Positions 1 through 9,490 are shown, counted from the stretch's first letter. The stretch: 64,000 bases of DNA from Acidimicrobiia bacterium (GCA_030066755.1 JASJAX010000001.1:14341-78340), one strand, 5' to 3'. Program-made: numbers and translations. The notes: generated from the letters alone by a model not told the origin.

Positions 1-4
1 CGTC

Positions 5-388
5 GTGCTCTACGCCGGCCCTGGTGTCGCCGGCGCCGAGGGCCAGGGCTTGTGTCCGGGCAACTCGATCGCCGCTCCGGGCTTCCAGAACATCTCGAAC
101 ACTCCGGTCGAGGCCGGATCCTGTGAAGGTTTCCCGACCGACGTCGCATCCGTCCAGGTGTGCAGCGGTGGCGTGTGGATCTACCGCACCCTGATTCCTT
201 CGGATCTGGAAGGCACGCTGTTTGCGAGCCTCGAATGGACGTCGGGCGACGGCACCGTCAAGGGTCTGACGAGTCAGCTCCCGACAACACCCGACCTTCC
301 GGAGATCGAATACGGGCTTCCCTCGTACTCCCTATGGGAGGGCTTCACCTCAGACGGCTCGACAACCATCACCTGCAGCGCGCCGTAG
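5..388 (+). CDS. C-terminal fragment of a hypothetical secreted protein; the 5' end lies outside the window
   Basis: ORF runs to the window edge. Gly/Ser/Thr-rich with a Cys pair. No recognisable family. Confidence 0.3.
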   Translation: MLYAGPGVAGAEGQGLCPGNSIAAPGFQNISNTPVEAGSCEGFPTDVASVQVCSGGVWIYRTLIPSDLEGTLFASLEWTSGDGTVKGLTSQLPTTPDLPEIEYGLPSYSLWEGFTSDGSTTITCSAP

Positions 389-417
389 GAGTAGTGAGTA
401 CCGAGTACTGAGTACCG
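389..417. repeat. heptanucleotide tandem array, about 4 units of GAGTA(C/G)N
   Basis: The sequence gagtagtgagtaccgagtactgagtacc lies between two convergent gene ends. Confidence 0.7.
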
Positions 418-488
418 ACACGTCGGTCGTTTGGTCCGAGGTCCTCGAGCAACCGCACTGCTTCGCAACCGGGGCTGACTCCCCAGTA

Positions 489-3104
489 TCAGAGATCTGG
501 ATCCGGCTGCGCAGCCTGTACGTCCTCGGGGACGGCCCCGGCCAACGCGATCTCGATCGCCTCGGGCAGGTCCAGGACACGACCTGGGGCGACCATTTCT
601 CCCATCCGCCCCTCACCGAAGCGCTCCTTCAGGTTCCCCTTGGCGTCGAAGGCCCCAGCTGTCCCCGGACCCCAACCGGCGCCGGCTCTCTCTCGCTGAG
701 CTTCGGCAGCGCCAACCAGCAGCGCGGCCAGGTCGATGTTGCCGGACTTCAGTTCGATGCTTGCGAGGTATTCGAGCCCCCATGTCTGGAGGAAGACGTC
801 ACTCAGCTTGACTCCTCGTTCCAGGCCGGTGCGTGCTAGACGACCGGCATCTTCGAGCCGGTCTTCCTCCAAGGCGGCACCCGCTTGGGCGTATATCGAC
901 TGCGTGGCCTGGATCTGGCGTCCGGCTTGCTCATAGAGGTCGGCGCTCCGTTCGAACTCCGCCGTCAATCCGGCGAACCCCTTCTCCCTGACCACGGCGA
1001 ACGCATCACCCGCCACGATGTCGGCAACCCCGCCCAGGTCACCCAGCTCGGCGTAGATCGCGCGAGCCTCGTCGAGCAGCGGCACAGCCTCGCTCGGCCG
1101 ATCGGCCACGATCAGGGACGTAGCCAGCCCATAGATGGCGTCCGCCGTCAAGGCGCGATCGCCCAGTGCCTGCGCCCGTTCCACGGCTTGTCGGTAGTCC
1201 TCAACCGCCAGCTGCGCTTCCTCTCGCCAGTAGTAGAGGGCAGCTCGAGCCATCAGTCCCTTGACCCGACCCACACTGTCGGCCTCAGCGGCGGGCAGTG
1301 CAAAGAATCGTTTCAGCCACATCTCGGCCTCCACCAGGTGACCCCGGCTTTGGTAGAAGCGCCAGATGTTGCCGAGGAGCTCCAATCCTCTGTCGGCGTC
1401 TTTGTCCGTGTGGAGCATCGTCAGCACTTCCCTGACGTTCCCGAACTCGTCGTCGAGATGGGACTGCCACCACTCGCCCCGGTCAGACTGAAGCCCCACA
1501 TAGGCCTCATCACCCAGACGGCAGTAGTAGTCCACAAACCGATTCCTGACCCCGTCGCCCTCCTCCGACTCGGCGAGAAGGTGGCGTCCGAAGCGTTGAA
1601 CCCCGTTCAGCATCCGGAACCTGCTCGACGAGCCTGGCTGGCGCAGGAGCATGGACTGATCTACGAGCTCGCCTATCGCGACGAGGGCGTCGGGCACGCC
1701 GTCGCCCCCAGCCACGGCTTCGGCCGCCTTCAGGCTCATGTCGGTGGCGAATACCGAAAGGCGACGGAACACGGTGCGGCCGGTCTCGTTCAACAGGTCA
1801 TAGCTCCATGACAGGGCATCGCTCAACGTCCGCTTCCGTTCCGGCGTGGCCCCTGGCGAGGTGTAGGAGATGCTGCCGGCTTCCATCCGTTCCAGCATCT
1901 CCGCCGGAGACAGCAGATTGACCCGGGCAGCGACCAGTTCGATGGCAAGCGGCAGACCGTCGAGACGGGCCACCAGCGCGACAACGTCCGCAGCATCCGC
2001 CGAGAAGGAAGGGTCCGCGGCGCGAGCACGTTCGTAGAACAGCCGAACGGCGGCAGGGTCTGGCGAACCATTCACGGGAAGTGTCGGCAATACGTAGCGC
2101 TGTTCACCTGCCAGCCGTAGCGGCCCCTGGCTGGTGACCAGGAAACGCGCCTGACCGCTGGCGCTCATCAGCCGACCGAGGTCGTCCGCTGCTTCGACCA
2201 CCTGCTCGAAGTTGTCGAGCAGGAGGAGGGCTTCGGAACCGGCGAGTCGCTCAGAGGTGGCCTCCACGGTGGCAGCGTCGATCTCCAAGGCATCAGCGAT
2301 GGACGGGATGACCAGCGCCGGTTCCGAGACCGCTGAGAGGTCGACGAAGGTGACTCCTCCCGGAAACCGGCCCGCAATGAGGTTCCCGACCGTCACTGCC
2401 AGACTGGTCTTGCCAACACCCCCAGGCCCGAGGATCGTGACGAGACGGTGCTGGTCGATCAACGCGGAGATCGTCTCGATATCCGCGTCGCGCCCGATGA
2501 TCGAAGCGACTCGAGTGGGCAGGTTGTTGGGGATCGAAGAAGTGGTGTTGAGCGGAGGGAACTCGGAAGGCAAACCCGAGAGGATCAGCTGGAAGACCTC
2601 TTCGTCGTTCTCGAGACCGCGGAGGGTGTGTCGCCCCAGCGATCGGTATTCGAACTCGGATCCGGAAAGCAGCCGAGCCGACTCGCTGGCCAACACCTGT
2701 CCCCCGTGCCCAGCCGCCATGATTCGGGCGGCCTTGTGGACTTCGAAGCCCACGTAGTCGCCGTCGGTCACGGTTGCCTCGCCGGTGTGGACCCCAACTC
2801 GGACGCTGATGTCTCCACCCTCAGGCCATTCCTTGGCGTACATACGCTGCTGGATCCCGCCGGCTGCCCTCACGGCGCCTGCCGCGCTCGGGAATGCGGC
2901 AAACACCCCGTCGCCTGTTGTATTGACTTCAACACCCCCCGAGCCTGCGACCTCGTCTCGGATCATCGAGAAGTGTTCGGCAACGAGCGCGGCATAGTCG
3001 GCACCGAACTTCTGGGCCAACGCGGTCGAGCCCTCGATATCGGTGAACACGAAAGTCACTGTTCCCAGGGGAAGTTCTTGCGCCATTGGTTCGTAGTCTG
3101 CCAT
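489..3104 (-). CDS. class III adenylate/guanylate cyclase fused to an AAA/NB-ARC ATPase and TPR repeats (large signal-transduction regulator; no C-terminal LuxR HTH visible)
   Basis: N-terminal FVFTDIEGSTAL and TTGDGVFAAF cyclase motifs. Walker A GPGGVGKTSLA. A long helical repeat C-terminal region. Start chosen at MADYEP (3104); the ORF extends to 3179. Confidence 0.75.
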   Translation of the reverse strand: MADYEPMAQELPLGTVTFVFTDIEGSTALAQKFGADYAALVAEHFSMIRDEVAGSGGVEVNTTGDGVFAAFPSAAGAVRAAGGIQQRMYAKEWPEGGDISVRVGVHTGEATVTDGDYVGFEVHKAARIMAAGHGGQVLASESARLLSGSEFEYRSLGRHTLRGLENDEEVFQLILSGLPSEFPPLNTTSSIPNNLPTRVASIIGRDADIETISALIDQHRLVTILGPGGVGKTSLAVTVGNLIAGRFPGGVTFVDLSAVSEPALVIPSIADALEIDAATVEATSERLAGSEALLLLDNFEQVVEAADDLGRLMSASGQARFLVTSQGPLRLAGEQRYVLPTLPVNGSPDPAAVRLFYERARAADPSFSADAADVVALVARLDGLPLAIELVAARVNLLSPAEMLERMEAGSISYTSPGATPERKRTLSDALSWSYDLLNETGRTVFRRLSVFATDMSLKAAEAVAGGDGVPDALVAIGELVDQSMLLRQPGSSSRFRMLNGVQRFGRHLLAESEEGDGVRNRFVDYYCRLGDEAYVGLQSDRGEWWQSHLDDEFGNVREVLTMLHTDKDADRGLELLGNIWRFYQSRGHLVEAEMWLKRFFALPAAEADSVGRVKGLMARAALYYWREEAQLAVEDYRQAVERAQALGDRALTADAIYGLATSLIVADRPSEAVPLLDEARAIYAELGDLGGVADIVAGDAFAVVREKGFAGLTAEFERSADLYEQAGRQIQATQSIYAQAGAALEEDRLEDAGRLARTGLERGVKLSDVFLQTWGLEYLASIELKSGNIDLAALLVGAAEAQRERAGAGWGPGTAGAFDAKGNLKERFGEGRMGEMVAPGRVLDLPEAIEIALAGAVPEDVQAAQPDPDL

Positions 3105-3219
3105 CAATCGGATAGACGGGAGGTGTTGGTGCTCTCGACGCAAGAAGAGGTTCGAAACCGGACAGGGCTCGAACCTCATCAGTAGTCGGTAGCCAGAGGT
3201 AAGTCTCAGTGGTGCCGAA

Positions 3220-3254
3220 TACTCGGTACTCAGTACTCGCTACTCAGTACTCAA
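3220..3254. repeat. heptanucleotide tandem array, 5 units of TACTC(G/A)N
   Basis: tactcgg tactcag tactcgc tactcag tactcaa. Lies between the cyclase-regulator start and the tRNA-Ala terminator. Confidence 0.75.
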
Positions 3255-3281
3255 GAAGCCCGGCGTTGAGCCGGGCTTCTT
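3253..3281 (-). terminator. GC-rich hairpin (12-bp stem) immediately 3' of tRNA-Ala
   Basis: aagaagcccggc-gttga-gccgggcttctt is a perfect inverted repeat, 1 nt downstream of the tRNA 3' end on the minus strand. The U-tract is weak. Confidence 0.5.
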
Positions 3282-3282
3282 G

Positions 3283-3356
3283 TGGAGGTGACGGGATTTG
3301 AACCCGTGACTTCTACGTTGCGAACGTAGCGCTCTGCCGGGCTGAGCTACACCCCC
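3283..3356 (-). tRNA. tRNA-Ala: tRNA-Ala (anticodon CGC)
   Basis: Read by hand on the reverse complement. Acceptor stem GGGGGUG/CACCUCC with a G3:U70 wobble pair, the Ala identity element. D stem GCUC/GAGC. Anticodon stem CUACG/CGUAG with loop UUCGCAA. T arm ACGGG-UUCAAAU-CCCGU. Discriminator A. CCA is not encoded. Confidence 0.85.
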
Positions 3357-3410
3357 GGGCAGCGCCGAAGTGTAGCCACTGGGGGAACGATTCGAGCCGC
3401 CGGGTTCAGC

Positions 3411-3743
3411 ATGAGGCCGTACGATGGAGGGGTGGCACCCTCATCGACTCCGGGGCGCTTGCCCCTCTTGGCGCTGGCGATCGCAGCCGCAGTTTCCATC
3501 GGTGTGTTGATGGTCGCAACGCCCCCCGAGCAGGCAACGACTCCGCCGACGGGTCAAACTCAGGTCGCACCGCTCGCCGAACCGGCCGACGCCCCAGCCG
3601 ATGTGCTTGTGCCCGGCGACATGGGTCGGGTGCTCTCCCCCTTCATGGCGATCCTCGAAGGCGATATTGCCCACGGCGGCGAGAACCGATCCGTTTGGAG
3701 AGCGTCGTCGGACGGCCTCAGCTACTCGGCCACCGGTGATTGA
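3411..3743 (+). CDS. hypothetical small membrane/secreted protein
   Basis: ATG start with a hydrophobic N-terminal segment (LPLLALAIAAAVSIGVLMV). Codon usage is consistent with the neighbours. No homology recognised. Confidence 0.35.
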   Translation: MRPYDGGVAPSSTPGRLPLLALAIAAAVSIGVLMVATPPEQATTPPTGQTQVAPLAEPADAPADVLVPGDMGRVLSPFMAILEGDIAHGGENRSVWRASSDGLSYSATGD

Positions 3744-3748
3744 TTCGG

Positions 3749-4381
3749 TCAGTCGAGGCGGCCCTCGAGCTTGGAGCGGAGTCGCTCCTGAACAATCGTC
3801 GTGGTGATGTCGGCACGGCTCCGCTCGATCAGACTTCGTGCAACATCGGTGGTCCGGCGGAGACCCGAGGTCATCCCGTCCGGGTAGTCCAGCGATTGCA
3901 GGAGATCCTGGATCGTCTCCATGCGGCGGAAGGTCGCCTCTCCGGCGGCCAGTTCGCCGGCCCGCAGCTGATCCAGAAGCCGACGACGCATCTCGCCAAC
4001 TGCCTCACCGAGACCCTTCAGGTACGGGACGGCGTGGAGTCCGAGATCGGTCGGCAGCGGGATCGGCTGCTCGTTGAGGAGGGCCGCCGTCAGTTCAGCT
4101 TCGGCGTACTCCTTCACGGCGTCGTAGAAGAACCCGGCGTAGTAGATGTCCTGGTGCTCGGTCAGGGGCGCTTCCGCCTCCTTGATGAGCTCCTTGACCT
4201 CCGCGATGAGCCCGGCCGCAACGTCCTGTTCGTCTCGGTGGAGCGCGCGGATAGCCTTCGACGAGCCCTGGATGACCTTGCGGCAGTTCCTGAGCGCGAG
4301 CTCGCGAGCCGCCATCTTGCCGTCCAGTTCAGCACGCACTGCGGTCTCGAGCGGATCGAGATCGAGGGGAGGGTCGGTCAC
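3749..4381 (-). CDS. hypothetical protein, possibly translin-like
   Basis: Helical protein with DIYYAGFFYDAVKEYAEAE and an LDYPDG...RRTTDV pattern that resembles the translin family. The family call is from memory. Start is GTG 4381 or ATG 4315. Confidence 0.4.
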   Translation of the reverse strand: MTDPPLDLDPLETAVRAELDGKMAARELALRNCRKVIQGSSKAIRALHRDEQDVAAGLIAEVKELIKEAEAPLTEHQDIYYAGFFYDAVKEYAEAELTAALLNEQPIPLPTDLGLHAVPYLKGLGEAVGEMRRRLLDQLRAGELAAGEATFRRMETIQDLLQSLDYPDGMTSGLRRTTDVARSLIERSRADITTTIVQERLRSKLEGRLD

Positions 4382-4385
4382 CAGG

Positions 4386-4817
4386 TCAGCCGGCGACGAC
4401 GCGCACTGTGTGCTGCGCCGGTTCGGTCTCCGTGGCAGCCGGTTGCGAGATCGGCACCACCGGCGCCGGCGCACCCCGCTGACGCAGCTGCATCAAGAGG
4501 GCCACATACCCGGCGATGGCGACATCGAACACCAACGTCACGCCGAGCCAGACGACACTGGAACGCATGATGGCGACGGTCAGCGAGATGATCGCTCCGG
4601 CGGCAAGTGCGTAGAGGAAGCGACGGCGGCGTTCCCGCGCCTTGCGGCGAGCCATGACCTCGGTTCCGGGCACCGTGGCGACCGATGCGAGCAATGCGGT
4701 CGAACGCGCAAAGTCACGAGTTGCATTGATCGGGGCGCGTCGCCGTGACTCGAAGAAACTCGGCAGGAGAAACGCGGCCCAGATGAAGGCAATCAGTATG
4801 AAGGCGAGTATTTCCAT
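4386..4817 (-). CDS. hypothetical membrane protein
   Basis: Two or three predicted TM helices (ILAFILIAFIWAAFLL; AAGAIISLTVAIM; VTLVFDVAIAGYVALLM). Confidence 0.5.
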   Translation of the reverse strand: MEILAFILIAFIWAAFLLPSFFESRRRAPINATRDFARSTALLASVATVPGTEVMARRKARERRRRFLYALAAGAIISLTVAIMRSSVVWLGVTLVFDVAIAGYVALLMQLRQRGAPAPVVPISQPAATETEPAQHTVRVVAG

Positions 4818-4902
4818 GTAGGCGGTCCCTTACTCCGTCCGCCGCGGAGCGTAGGTTCGATGTGCAGCCGCGACAAGGATTTCGCGACTTGTGGCTTCAA
4901 TG

Positions 4903-5382
4903 TCACGCATTGTGGTCGGTTTCCCGGTCTACGAGCAACTCCACAGCATGGCCGAGAGCGGGGCCAATCACCTCGAGCGACTCCCGCACCCCACGTTCGG
5001 AGCCGGGCAGGTTGACGATCAACGTGCGCCCGGCAATCCCCGCGAGGCCACGCGACAACATCCCATGCGGATTCACCCCAAAGGTGGCTGCTCGCATGGC
5101 TTCAGCGAGGCCGGGGGCCGGCCTCTCGATCACTGATACCGTGGCCTCAGGAGTCAGGTCACGCGGACTGAATCCAGTACCACCGCTGGTCACAACGAGG
5201 TTGACTCGATCGATGAGGCCGGCGAGCGCCTCGGACACCGAATCGATGCCATCCGGCACGACGATGACCCGATCGACGGAGAACCCGAGGCGCCCCAGGA
5301 GCTCAGCAGCTGCCGGCCCCGAGGTGTCGACGGCGGCGCCTCGCGACACTCGATCGGATACCGTGACCACAACAGCCTTCAT
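4903..5382 (-). CDS. molybdenum cofactor biosynthesis protein, MogA/MoaB family
   Basis: MKAVVVTVSDR...VVTSGGTGFSPRD...GRTLIVNLPGS is the MogA/MoaB fold. ATGA overlap with moaC. Confidence 0.8.
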   Translation of the reverse strand: MKAVVVTVSDRVSRGAAVDTSGPAAAELLGRLGFSVDRVIVVPDGIDSVSEALAGLIDRVNLVVTSGGTGFSPRDLTPEATVSVIERPAPGLAEAMRAATFGVNPHGMLSRGLAGIAGRTLIVNLPGSERGVRESLEVIGPALGHAVELLVDRETDHNA

Positions 5383-5804
5383 CGGGTCCACTCTCCGGAA
5401 CGACCGCCGGATTTGGCCAGCAACCGCACGGCGACGATCTGCGCGCTGCGGTCCACGCCCTTCACCATGTCGTAGAGCGCAACCGCCCCGATGGACGCTC
5501 CGGTCATCGCCTCCATCTCCACGCCGGTTCGCGCCTCGACCTCGCACGTCACCTCGATCCGTGCTCCGTTGTCGACTCGGGTGATCGCAACGGCTACGTG
5601 GTCGAGCCCGATCGGATGACACAGCGGAACCAGCGCGGCAGTCTGCTTGGCCCCCATGATCGCCGCGACCCTGACGACCCCGAGTGCGTCGCCCTTTGGG
5701 AGCGTTCCCCCGAAGAGCGCTTCGGCAGCCTCGGAGGCGAGGTCGACGAGAGCTTCGGCAACGGCACGTCGCCGGGTGATCGGTTTCGAGCCGACGTCGA
5801 CCAT
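5379..5804 (-). CDS. moaC: cyclic pyranopterin monophosphate synthase MoaC
   Basis: MVDVGSKP...LVPLCHPIGLDHV...EVEARTGVEMEAMTGASIGAVALYDM are classic MoaC motifs. Confidence 0.85.
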   Translation of the reverse strand: MVDVGSKPITRRRAVAEALVDLASEAAEALFGGTLPKGDALGVVRVAAIMGAKQTAALVPLCHPIGLDHVAVAITRVDNGARIEVTCEVEARTGVEMEAMTGASIGAVALYDMVKGVDRSAQIVAVRLLAKSGGRSGEWTR

Positions 5805-5838
5805 GTGAGCATCGCCGGCCTCGTCGAGGTGTGAAAGG

Positions 5839-7074
5839 TCAGTCAACGAGTGCCTCCGTCCGAGTTCGGGTTTCCGGCCAGCGAAACATCTCGAGCTCCA
5901 GGTCGGTGCCGGCCTCAACCGCACCAACACCGACCGGAACGACGGCGAACGCATTCGCTGCCGCAAGTGCCGATAGCACGTTCGATGATTGCCCACCGCT
6001 GAGGCGAGCCGACCATGCACCTTCGTGATAGGACGCTTCCGTTCGCAGGAACACCGCTTTGGCCGGATCCGTGCGCACAGCGTCGGCCAGGGCGCCAACC
6101 ACACGGGGGCGGAACAACCGGTGCGCCCCCATCATTGCCAGGAGGGCAGGGCGGAGGAACTGCTCGAACGCCACGACGACCGAAACCGGATTCCCCGGTA
6201 GCCCGAAGAACGGTTTGCCGCCGACCGTTCCGAACCCGAGCGGCTTTGCCGGCTGCATCGCAACTCGATAGAACTGCACGTCTCCGACGTCGGCGAAGAC
6301 GAGCTTCACGACGTCGTACTCGCCCATCGACACTCCACCGCTCGAGACCACGACGTCGGACTCCTGCGCAGCGTGGGCGAGTGCACGCCGCAACTCGTTG
6401 GGATCATCGGAGGCGATACCGAAATCGACGACGACGGCGCCGAACTCCTCGAGGACGCCACGGAGGAGGAACCGGTTGGCGTCCCGGATCTTTCCGGGCG
6501 CAAGGGTCTTCGTCTCCGGCGGGACCACTTCGTCCCCGGTCGACAGGATGCCGACAACCGGGCGCTTGCGGACGTCGGGCCATGCGATACCGAGCGACGA
6601 CAGCACGCCGAGATCGGCCGGACCGAGTCGGGTCCCTGCGGTGAGCACGGTTGTCCCGGCGGTGACGTCGCCGCCGGCCGGGCGAACCGCCTCACCGACG
6701 GGCACACCGGCAAGGATGCGGACGGCACCGTCGATCGACTCGGTGTCCTCCACTTTGACCACTGCGTCGGCGCCCTCGGGCATGGGTGCACCGGTCATGA
6801 TCTGGATCGCAGTGCCGGGCTGCACGGTCGAGGCAGCCACCTCTCCCGCAGCAACGGACTCGAGCACGGGGAGCTCAACCGGAGCCTGGGCCACGTCGAT
6901 CGCCCGTACTGCGTACCCATCCATTGCGGAGTTGGGGAACGGGGGGAGATCGTGCGGGGCCGACACGTCCGTTGCGAGCACGAGTCCGAGGACTTCTCGG
7001 ATCCCGATACGTCTCACCGGAAGCGGCGACATCGAGTCGAGGATCTCCGCCTGCATGTCCGGCAGGGGTCGCAT
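5839..7074 (-). CDS. moeA: molybdopterin molybdenumtransferase MoeA
   Basis: PFPNSAMDGYAVRA...SGGVSMGEYD...GLPGNPVS are MoeA/gephyrin E-domain motifs. Start taken at MRPLPDMQ. Confidence 0.85.
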   Translation of the reverse strand: MRPLPDMQAEILDSMSPLPVRRIGIREVLGLVLATDVSAPHDLPPFPNSAMDGYAVRAIDVAQAPVELPVLESVAAGEVAASTVQPGTAIQIMTGAPMPEGADAVVKVEDTESIDGAVRILAGVPVGEAVRPAGGDVTAGTTVLTAGTRLGPADLGVLSSLGIAWPDVRKRPVVGILSTGDEVVPPETKTLAPGKIRDANRFLLRGVLEEFGAVVVDFGIASDDPNELRRALAHAAQESDVVVSSGGVSMGEYDVVKLVFADVGDVQFYRVAMQPAKPLGFGTVGGKPFFGLPGNPVSVVVAFEQFLRPALLAMMGAHRLFRPRVVGALADAVRTDPAKAVFLRTEASYHEGAWSARLSGGQSSNVLSALAAANAFAVVPVGVGAVEAGTDLELEMFRWPETRTRTEALVD

Positions 7075-7091
7075 CGCGTCGTGCGGAGCCG

Positions 7092-7673
7092 TCACGATGA
7101 CGTCACGCTTCGTTCGCTTCCGGCGAAGATCCGACGGATGTTGCCGGCGTGCCGGGCAATGACGAGTCCTGCGGTTGCACCGGCCCAGAGCAAGCCGATC
7201 CCTCGCGTTCCGAACACCAGGTAGCCCGGGACGTACAGCACCATCGCCGCGAGGGATGCAATGGATGCGGTCTTGGTCGTTGCAACGACGCCGCCCCAGC
7301 CGACGGCCAGGATCAAACCCCAGATCGGCTCGAGCCAGAGCACGGCGCCCACCGCGGTGGCCACCCCGCGCCCGCCTTGGAATCGGTGCCATACCGGAAA
7401 GCAATGCCCAACCACGGCGGCGAGCGCACACGCAAACCCGACGGGAGAGCTGATCCATGCGGCACCGATCGCGGCCGCAGCCAGGCCTTTGAGGGAGTCA
7501 CCCAGGAGCACGACGGCCGCAGCCTTCTTCCCGACCGTGCGAAACACATTCGACGTTCCCGGATTCCCGCTGCCTTCGGCATAGATGTCTTTGCCCATGA
7601 GGCGGGGCACGATCACGCCAAAATCGATGCTGCCGATGAGGTACGCGAGAACGACCGCGACGAGTGTCTGCAT
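7092..7673 (-). CDS. plsY: glycerol-3-phosphate acyltransferase PlsY
   Basis: LIGSIDFGVIV...GSGNPGTSNVFR...GGRGVATAVG are PlsY motifs. Multi-TM protein. Confidence 0.8.
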   Translation of the reverse strand: MQTLVAVVLAYLIGSIDFGVIVPRLMGKDIYAEGSGNPGTSNVFRTVGKKAAAVVLLGDSLKGLAAAAIGAAWISSPVGFACALAAVVGHCFPVWHRFQGGRGVATAVGAVLWLEPIWGLILAVGWGGVVATTKTASIASLAAMVLYVPGYLVFGTRGIGLLWAGATAGLVIARHAGNIRRIFAGSERSVTSS

Positions 7674-7800
7674 GGTCCAAGTCTCGCACACCCCTGTGGC
7701 GTACGCTCCGCTCCCGTCCGACATGGCCGTCCCCGAGCGCTGATACCATCGTCCCGCGGCGACCAAGCCGCATGGCCTGATTCTGAAGGGGTAATCGGCA

Positions 7801-8553
7801 ATGATCGGTGTGTTCGGCGGTTCCGGGTTCTACGACTTCCTGGACAATCCGCGTGAAATCAAGGTGGAGACACCGTTCGGCGACCCCGCTGCGCCGTATC
7901 TCGTCGCAGAGATCGAAGGCGCCGACGTTGCGTTCCTCCCCCGCCACGGCCGTGACCACCAGTTCCCCGCCCATCGGGTGCCGTTTCGCGCCAACGTCTA
8001 CGGCATGCGAGAGCTCGGCGTGACCCACGTCATCGGACCGTGCGCCGCCGGCAGCCTCCAAACGGCACTCGAACCCGGGAGTTTCGTGGTGTGCGACCAA
8101 CTCGTCGATTGGACCAAGGGTCGCGCCGGCACGTTCTTCGACGGGCCGGAGCTGGAACATCTCTCGTTTGCCGACCCGTACCAACCAGAGTTACGGGCGA
8201 TCGCCGTCGACGCCATGCGCGCGACCGGTGCCACAGTCCATGACGGCGGTACGGTCGTCGTCATCGAGGGTCCACGCTTCTCGACCCGAGCGGAATCCGC
8301 GTTCTTCGCAGCCCAGGGCTGGGGCGTGATCAACATGACCCAAGCGCCCGAGGCGCAACTGTGCGCCGAACTCGGCATTGGCTATGTGAACGTGTCCGTG
8401 ATCACCGACTACGACGTCGGAGTCGAAGGCTCAATCGAGCCGGTGACCCACGAGGAAGTCCTGCGCCAGTTCTCCGCATCGCTCGACACCTTGCGTGCCG
8501 GTATCTGGGCGATGGTGCCGCAGATGGCGGCGCTGCCACCGTTGGCAGGCTGA
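7801..8553 (+). CDS. S-methyl-5'-thioadenosine phosphorylase (PNP family)
   Basis: MIGVFGGSGFY...AFLPRHGRDHQFPAHRVPFRANV...GVTHVIGPCAAGSL is typical of MTA phosphorylase. Confidence 0.8.
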   Translation: MIGVFGGSGFYDFLDNPREIKVETPFGDPAAPYLVAEIEGADVAFLPRHGRDHQFPAHRVPFRANVYGMRELGVTHVIGPCAAGSLQTALEPGSFVVCDQLVDWTKGRAGTFFDGPELEHLSFADPYQPELRAIAVDAMRATGATVHDGGTVVVIEGPRFSTRAESAFFAAQGWGVINMTQAPEAQLCAELGIGYVNVSVITDYDVGVEGSIEPVTHEEVLRQFSASLDTLRAGIWAMVPQMAALPPLAG

Positions 8554-8962
8554 CCGCGCTCTGAGGTCGAGACCTGCAAATCAATCCTTCTCAACACCGG
8601 CTCGACGCGCCACAATGGGGCGCGGCGAACTCGAGGAGTGGGAGTTCCGCGTGGTGCGTTTCGGGCGCCTAGCCCAAAACCGAGGGGGAATGACCTCTGT
8701 TTTGAGCTGCCCTCATCGAGTTCGCATCGACCGAGTTCGCCAGGTCCCCTCCCCGGTTGGCTGATCGCAAGTCCCCCACCATTCCCCCTGCTTGCGTGAG
8801 GCTCCCTTCCCTCTTCGGAGGGAGGGGCCGGGGAGGGTTCGCGTGTGAGGCCGCGCGGCGGCCAGTCGCCAGTCGAGACCTGGAGGATCGCAGGCGTTCG
8901 ACTCGTCCTCACCGAAGGGCAGACCACTTCCTTCCCGGGATCGGGTTCGGTACGTTCGTGGC

Positions 8963-9481
8963 GTGTGGTGGTTGCAGCCGATCGCATGGTTCCGCTGGTC
9001 GATCGCAGGCCTCGTTGTCGTCGCAGTGATCGTGGTTGAACTCGGCGAGCCGCCCACCATCGCCTATCCGTTTGCCGCCGACGCCATCGAAGCCGGCGTC
9101 GCCGCAGACGAGGCGTCGATCGAATGGCGAGAGGTTCCGGAAGGCCTCCTCCCACATGCCCAACTCGCCGGCAGCGTTCGGACCGATATCGACGCAGGAT
9201 CGCCGATCACTCCGGATCGACTGACGGCGACCTCGACCGTTCCGGCCGACTGGTGGGTCATCGAACTCCCGGTCGGCCGCACCGCAACCGTTGGGGCGGA
9301 GATTCGTATCGTGGTGCTCGATCCACGGACCACGGTCACCGGCGTCTTGACCGGACTGCCCGAACCCGACCCGTTCGGCGGAAACCTCCTCGGCGCCGTA
9401 GCCATCCCACCGAACGCTGTCGACCTGGTCGCGCGGGCGGCCGCCAACGACGCAGTGGTCACAATGGCGCGACACGAATGA
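8963..9481 (+). CDS. SAF-domain protein, CpaB/RcpC-like (N-terminal TM)
   Basis: N-terminal TM (IAGLVVVAVIVV). SAF-like ITPDRL segment. C-terminal AIPPNAVDLVARAAANDAVV resembles the CpaB tail. No other tad genes nearby. Confidence 0.4.
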   Translation: MWWLQPIAWFRWSIAGLVVVAVIVVELGEPPTIAYPFAADAIEAGVAADEASIEWREVPEGLLPHAQLAGSVRTDIDAGSPITPDRLTATSTVPADWWVIELPVGRTATVGAEIRIVVLDPRTTVTGVLTGLPEPDPFGGNLLGAVAIPPNAVDLVARAAANDAVVTMARHE

Positions 9482-9490
9482 ACTGCCGGA

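Noticed and set aside
885-1811. Long ORFs antisense to or overlapping confirmed genes (e.g. 885-1811+, 2448-3185+, 10970-12394-, 17541-18653+, 19149-20927+, 25530-27011-, 40765-42387+, 54258-55466-, 57799-59331+, 62328-63755+)
   Set aside because: High-GC genomes generate long stop-free antisense frames. These ORFs are Arg/Pro/Gly-rich with no recognisable motifs, and they overlap genes that have strong family signatures. I treat them as artefacts.
8409-9155. 248-aa minus-strand ORF spanning the 8560-8962 gap
   Set aside because: The peptide is Arg/Pro-rich and overlaps the MTA phosphorylase end and the SAF-domain gene start. It has no start context. I treated the region as non-coding with hairpins.
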